Assembly (NCBI RefSeq): GCF_009914755.1
Contig: NC_060929.1
From: the human T2T-CHM13v2.0 reference genome, Homo sapiens
Direction: 5' to 3' (one strand)
DNA: 64,000 nucleotides
The notes beneath the pieces were generated by a model that was not told the DNA's origin, ran no database searches, and saw only the letters and a list, made by a program, of their open reading frames with translations. Positions 57,345-64,000 of the stretch are shown here, piece by piece (the first letter of the stretch is position 1; every line of letters begins with the position of its first letter). The position numbers were made by a program, and so were the translations under genes.

Positions 57345-57881
57345 TGTGCTACGCAGCGTTTAAGATGTCCCCCGTGACCCATGTACTCTTGTGTAGTCCC
57401 CTCCTCTTTGAGTGTGGACTGGACTTACTTGAGTGTGTCCCCCTCCTCTTTGAGTGTGGACTCTCCTTTAAACAAGAAGATACGGCAGAAGTGTTGGGAG
57501 TGTCCCTGCTGATGGGAGGTTATAAGAAGACTATAGCTTCTATGCTGAGCACTGTCTGTCTATCACATCACTCACTCTGGTGGAAACCAGTTGCCATGCT
57601 GTGAGGCAGCCTGAGGAGAATCCCACAGGGTGAAAGATGGAGACCTGCCATGTGAGTGAGCTTAGGATTAGTTTCCTCTGCCTATCAGTCAAGGCTTCAC
57701 ATAAAACCGTAACCCTAACTGATAGTTCGACTGCAGCCTCATGAGAGAGAGACATTGAGCTAACGGCATTATGCTGCACCTGGATTCTTGACTCATAGAA
57801 ACTGTGCAATAATAAATGTTCATTGTTTTAAGCCATAAAGTTTTAATGTAATTTATTATTGGGCAAACAGTAACTAATACA
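57345..57881 (+). mobile_element. MLT1F-like LTR
   Basis: cccctcctctttgagtgtggactggac, gccatgctgtgaggcagcc, aataaatgttcattgttttaagcc, taactaataca end. Confidence 0.7.
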
Positions 57882-58257
57882 AAATATTACCAGTGGAAAT
57901 GGAAAGAAGTAAACAGATTCAAGAAAAAAGAATTTTTTGAGACCATGCTAGCAGAACCTACTAGGTAGGGTTAGATTTGGTACAAAGGAAAATGAGAAAT
58001 AAAGAATTATTCTTGGGTTTTTAACTTGCACAGATAAGGGAATAGTAATGCCACTAAGCAAGATTGAGAAATCTGAAGGAAAATCAGCAACCATGTGGGA
58101 ATATCAAGTAGCAATTGAATAGACAACTCTAGAGTTCTGGAAGTAAAGGACTGCAAGTATAGATTTGGGATAATAATGGTATCAGCCTCGCTGGTTGTGG
58201 TCATTAGGTGAGCTGATGCAGATGAAACCCTTTGCACAGTGTACACAGTTGTACACC

Positions 58258-59075
58258 TGTGGTAGGTAGAATTGTGCTCCCCCAAAAGATATGTTCAAGT
58301 CCTAACCCCTGGTATCTACAAACGTGACCTTATTTGAAAATAAGGTCTTTGTAGATGTAATTAGTTGAAATAAGGTAATACTGGATTATCGTGAGCCCTA
58401 ATTCAGCTGATAGCCTCATAAAAAGAGAAAACAGAGACACAGAGATACACGCAGAAATGACTATGTCATCTGAAGGCAGAGACAGAAATTGGAGTGATGG
58501 GATGGTATGATAGTCTGTTTTGTGTTTTCATAAAGGAATACCTGAGGCTGGGTAATTTATAAAGAAAAGAGATTTATTTGGCTTACAGTTCTGCAGGTTG
58601 CACAAGCATGGCACTAGGATCTGCTTGGCTTCTGGTGAAGCCTCAGGAAGTTTTTACCCATGGCAAAAGAAAGGGGGAACATGCATGTCAAATGGCAAGA
58701 GAGGGAGCAAGAGAGATAGGAGGAGGTGCCAGTCTCCTTTAAACAACCAGCTCCCTCATGCACTAACTGATCAAGAGCTCACTTATTACCATGGCAAGGG
58801 CACCAAGCCATTCATGAAGGATCCATCCCCATGACCCAAACACCTCTCACCAGGCCCCACCTTAACATTGGAAATCACATTTCAACATGAGATTTGGAGG
58901 GGACAAACATCCAAACCGTATCAGATGGATTCTCCCTGAGGGCCTCCAGAAGAAATCAACCCTGCCAATGCCTTGCTTTCTGACTGTAGTTTCCAGAATT
59001 GTAGGAATAAATTTCCATTGTTTTAAGCCACCCAGTGTGTAGTAACTTGTTACAACAAGGCTATTAAACTAATAA
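58258..59075 (+). mobile_element. MLT1B/C-like LTR interrupted by MSTB
   Basis: ccccaaaagatatgttcaagtcctaacccc..gtgaccttatttgaaaataaggtctttgtagatgtaatt; resumes after 58928. Confidence 0.8.
58506..58923 (-). mobile_element. MSTB-like solo LTR
   Basis: ataaaggaatacctgaggctgggtaatttataaag...ccaaaccgtatca; TSD gatgg. Confidence 0.85.
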
Positions 59076-60571
59076 AGTGTCCAAATAAATGTGAATGGTC
59101 ATCATAGCTTCTATCAATATCCATATTGTATCATCGTTGTCATTGTTATATATCTAAGCACCTAACACATTACCGTGTGTATACAAGAACTCAATTCATA
59201 ATTATAGTAGGATAAAAGATTTGTCACATGTGCAGATTAAAAAGAAGTAATGCAGTGTGAGGGGCAGCCACACATACTCCAAAGGAGTCTTGAAAGAATA
59301 AATTCTTTTCTCTATCTGAAAATCCACTTTGCCTGTAAAATTTCAGGATCTAGAAGTTCTGATTATATAACTCCTCTCTAATTTGACTCCAGGAGTGATT
59401 TTCTATCTTCTAATCCAGATCCACACAAATTATTCCTCCGTACTACAGTCTTCCAAAACAAACTACCCACATGACTATAGGCTCTTTCAAACCTACATCC
59501 TAGCCTTTACTTACACATTACTTACATATTACATTATTTGGATTGTAAGCTTATATATTTATTCAACTTTTCATGTCACTTTATTTTATCTCTAATTATA
59601 AGTACCTAAAGGTCAGAAGAACAGTCTTTATCTTTAAAAATGCCACAGAGTGCTTTTCTTAGACATCATGGATATTGCTACATTTTTAACAGACATATCT
59701 CCTGATCACAACATCTTGAAACTATAAGATGAGGATTTTTTTTGGTATTTTTTTAATTTTAATTGGTTTTGGGGAAACAGGTGGTATTTGGTTACATGTA
59801 TAAGTACTTTAGTGGTGATTTCTCAGATTTCAGTGCACCCATCACCTGAGCAGTGTGCACTGCACCCAGTGTGTAGTCTTTTATCCCTCACTCACCTCCC
59901 ACCCTTTCCCCTGAGTCCCCAAAGTCCACTGCATCATTCTTATGCCTTTATGTCCTTATAGCTTAGCTACCTCTTATGAGTGAGAATGTACGATGTTTGG
60001 TTTTCCATTCCTGAGTTACTTCACTTAGAAAATGGTCTCCAACTTAATCCAGGTTGCTACAAATGCTATTATTTCATTCCTTTGTATGGCTGCATAGTAT
60101 TCCATAGTATATATGTACCACATTTTCTTTATTCACTGGTTAGTTGATGGGCATTTGGGCTGGTTCCATATTTTTGTAATTATGAATTGTGCTGCTACAA
60201 ACATGCATGTGCAAATATCTTTTTTGATAATGACTTCTTTTCCTCTGGGTAGAATCCCAGTAATGGGATTGCTTGATCAAATGGTAGATCTACTTTTAGT
60301 TCTTTAAGGAATCTGCACACTGTTTTCCATAGCAGTTGTACTAGTTATATTCTCACCAGCAAAAATCACCAACAAAAAAAAAAGTCCCTGACCAGATAGA
60401 ATTCAGCTGTGAATCTATCTGGTCATGGACTTTTTTTTTTGTTGACAATTTATTTTACTACCATTTCCATCCCACTGCTTGTTATTGGTCTGTTCAGTTT
60501 CTATTTCTTTCTGGTTGAATCTAGGAGGGTTGTATATTTCCAGGAATTTATCTATGTCCTCTAGGTTTTCT

Positions 60572-61301
60572 TTTTTTTTTTTAAGTTTTTTGAGATTAGT
60601 GTTGTTGTTGTCATTGTTGTTCTTGTTTTTATTTTAAGTTCTAGGGTACATGTGCACAATGTGCAGTTTTGTTACATAGGTATACATGTGCCATGTTGGT
60701 TTGCTGCACCCATCAGCCTGTCATTTACATTAGGTGTTTCTCCTAACACAATCCCTCCCCCAGCCCCCCACCCCCCAACAGGCCCCAGTGTGTGATGTTC
60801 CCCTTCCTATGTCCATGTATTCTCATTGTTCAACTCCCACTTATGAGTGAGAACATGCAGTGTTTGCTTTTCTGTCCCTGTGATAGTTTGCTGAGAATGA
60901 TGGTTTCCAGCTCCATCCATGTCCCCGCAAAGGGCATAAACTCATCCTTTTCATGGCTGCATAGTATTCCATGGTGTATATGTGCCACATTTTCTTTATC
61001 CAGTCTATTAATGATGGACATTTGGGTTGGTTCCAAGTCTTTGCTATTGTGAATAGTGCCACAATAAACATACGTGTGCATACATCTTTTATAATACTTT
61101 GGGTATATACCCAGTAATGGGATTGCTGGGTCAAACGGTATTTCTAGTTCTAGATCCTTGAGGAATTGTCACACCGTCTTCCACAATAGTTGAACTAATT
61201 TACACTCCTATCAACAGTGTAAAAGCATTTGTATTTCTCCACATCCTCTCCAGTATCTGTTGTTTCCTGACTTTTTAATGATTGCCATTCTAACTGGCAT
61301 G
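60572..61301 (-). mobile_element. 5'-truncated L1PA6-like element inside the L1PB
   Basis: L1PA 3' end; TSD at(g/c)tcctctaggttttct at 60554-60571 and 61303-61320. Confidence 0.9.
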
Positions 61302-61705
61302 CATCTCCTCTAGGTTTTCTAGTTTGTGCACATAAATCTGTTCATAGTAGCCTTGAATGATCTTTCATATTTCTGTGGTATTGGTGGTAATATCTCTGAT
61401 TTCAATTCTAATTTAGCTTATTTGGATCTTTTCTTTTTGTGGCTAATCTTGCTAATGGTCTATTGATTTTGTTTATCTTTTCAAAGAACCAGCTTTTTAC
61501 TTTATTTATCTTTTGTATTTTATTTGTTTTAATTTTATTTAGTTCTGTTCTCATCTTTGTTATTTTTTTAATTCTGCTGGATTTGGGTTTGGTTTGTTCT
61601 TGTTTCTCTAGTTCCTTGGGCTGTGACCTTAGATTGTCTACTTGTGCTCTCTCAGACTTTATGATGTAGACATTTAAGGCTATGAACTTTTCTCTTAGCA
61701 CTGCC

Positions 61706-62992
61706 TGATATGGTTTGGCTGTGTCCCCACCCAAATCTCACCTTGAATTATGGCTCCCATAATCCCCACATATCATAGGAGAGACCTGGTGGGAAGTAAT
61801 TGAATCATCAGGGCGGGTTTTCCCATGCTGTTCTTGTGATAGTGAATAAGTCTCACAAGATCTGATGGTTTTATAAAGGGCAGTTTCCATGCACAAACCC
61901 TCTTGCCTGCCACCATGTAAGATGTGACTGCTTCTCCTTCACCTTCTGCAATGATTGTGAGGCCTCCTCAGTCATATGGAACTGTGAGTCCATCAAATCT
62001 CTTTCTCTTCATAAATTACCCAATCTTGGATATTTCTTCATAGAAGTATGAAAATAGACAAATACAGTAAATTGATACTGCAGAGAGTGGGGTGCTGCTG
62101 TAAAGATACCTAAAAATGTAGAAGCAACTTTGGAACTGGGTAACAGGCAGAGGTTGGAACAGTTTGGAGGGCTCAGAAGAAGACAGGAAAATGTGGGAAA
62201 GTTTGGAACTTCCTAGAGATTTGTTGAATGGCTTTGACCGAAATTCTGATACTAATATGGATGATAAAGTTTAGGCTGAGATGGTCTCAGATGGAAATGA
62301 GGAACTTGTTGAGAACTGGAGGAAGGGTGATTCTTGCTACAGGCACCAAAACATGGTGCCTGTAGTCCCAATGTTTTGGCCAATTTCTCCCATTTGGAAT
62401 GGGTGTCTTTACCTAATGCCTGCACCCCCATTGTAGCTAGGAAGTAACTAACTTGCTTTTGATTTTACAGGCTCATAGGCAGAAGGGACTTGCCTTGTCT
62501 CAGATAAGCCTTTGGACTGTGGACTTTTGAGTTAATGCTGGAATGAGTTAAGACTTTGGGGGACTGTTGGGAAGAGATCATTGGTTTTGAAATGTGAGGA
62601 CATGAGATTTGAGAGGTGCCAGGGGTGGAATTATATGGTTTGGGTGTGTCCCCACCCAAATCTCATCTTGAATTGTAGTTCCCATAATTCCCATGTGTTG
62701 TGGGAGGGACCCAGTGGGAGGTAATTGAATTATGGTGGCAGATTTTTCCCGTGCTGTTTCCATGATAGTGAATAAGTCTCATAAGATCTGATGGTTTTAT
62801 AAAGGGCAGTTCCCCTGCATATGTTCTCTTGCCTGCCTCCATGTAAGATGTGCCTTTGCTCCTCCTTTGCTTCTACCATGATTGTGAGGCCTCCCCAGCT
62901 ATGTGGAACTATGAGTCCATTAAATCTCTTTTTCTTTATAAATTACCAGCCTTGGGTATTTCTTCATATTAGTATAAAAATGGACTAATACA
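61706..62992 (+). mobile_element. THE1C-like MaLR provirus (LTRs 61706-62066 and 62631-62992, 564 nt internal remnant)
   Basis: Two direct THE1 LTRs; perfect 5-bp TSD ctgcc. Confidence 0.92.
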
Positions 62993-64000
62993 CTGCCTTT
63001 GCTGTATCCCAGAGGTTTTGATAGGGTATGTCACTATTATTGTTCAGTTCAAAGATCCTTTTAATATTCATCTTGATTTCATTGTTGACCCAATGATCAT
63101 TCAAGAGCAAGTTATTTAATTTCCATCTATTTTTATCATCGTGAGGGTTCTGTTTGGAGTCAATTTTCAATTTTATTCCACTGTCATCTGAGAGAGTATT
63201 TGATATAATTTCAATTTTCCTAAATTTATTGAGACTTGTTTTGTGACCTTTTATATGGTCTATCTTGGAGAATGTTCTATGTGCTGATGAATAGACTGTC
63301 TATTCTGCAGTTATTGGGTGGAATGTTCTGTAACTATCTGTTAAGTCCATTTGTTCTAGCGTATAATTTAAGTCCATTGTTTCTTTATTGACTTTATCTC
63401 TATGACCTGTTTAGTGCTGTCAGCGGAGTATTGAGGTCCCCCACTATTATTGTGTTGCTGTCTATCTCATTTCTTAGGTCTAGTAGTAATGTTTATAAGT
63501 TTGGGAGCTCCAGTGTTAGGTGTGTATGTATTTAGGATTGTGATATTTTTCTGTTGGACAAGTCCTTTTATCATTATATAATGTCCCTCTTTGTCTTTTT
63601 TAACTGCTGTTGCTTTAAAGTTTGTTTTATCTGATATAAGAATAGCTACTCCTGCTCGCTTTTCATGTCCATTTGCATGAAATATCTTTTTGCACACCTT
63701 TACCTTAAGTTTATGTGAGTCCTTATGTGTTTGGTGAGTCTCTTGAAGACAGTGGATACTTGGTTGATGAATTGTTATCCATTCTGCCATTCTGTATCTT
63801 TTAAGTGGAGCATTTAGGCCATTTACATTCAATGTTAGTATTGAGATGTGAGGTACTATTTGATTCACTGTGCTAGCTGTTGACTGAATACTTCATTTTG
63901 TTGTTGTTGTTGTTTTATTGTGCTATTGTTTCATAGGTCCTGTGAGATTTATGCTTAAGGGGGTTCTGTTTTGGAGTACTTCAAGGATTTAAGATTTAAA

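Larger units (their letters stand above)
59737..64000 (-). mobile_element. L1PB1/2-like LINE-1 (runs off window) with ~2 kb internal deletion and two nested insertions
   Basis: L1PB 3'UTR at 59740-60000; endonuclease start ISILTLNVNGLNAPLKR at 63467-63868. Confidence 0.88.

Overview
Primate genomic DNA (human or great ape; not prokaryotic) covering the 5' end of ADAMTS12 on the minus strand. It contains coding exon 1 (37766-37640, signal peptide), coding exon 2 (27390-27029, prodomain), a GC/CpG-rich promoter (~37770-38370), the 10.2 kb intron 1, the first 27 kb of intron 2 and ~26 kb of upstream DNA. Most of the rest is interspersed repeat. A ~20 kb nested stack in intron 2 holds a near full-length dead L1PA7/8-like element, L1PB, L1MC1, L1MD, an MSTA provirus with MER30 and MER11 inside it, and Alus. 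Intron 1 has a U6 retrocopy. The upstream region has L1, MER11, MLT1, MSTB, THE1, Tigger, MER5 and L2 copies. I see no evidence of a new gene system; almost all ORFs in the track are repeat-derived. The most unusual signals are: (i) several snap-back/templated-insertion DNA-repair scars, two of them short pieces of the neighbouring MSTA element pasted into an L1; (ii) a lone L1PB 5'UTR with a target-site duplication but no 3' end or poly(A); (iii) an 18-codon uORF in the ADAMTS12 leader; (iv) an ORF0-like frame and splice donor in the intronic L1, oriented like the host gene. Gene and repeat subfamily names come from recalled sequences, not from a database search. Repeat boundaries without a TSD are approximate.
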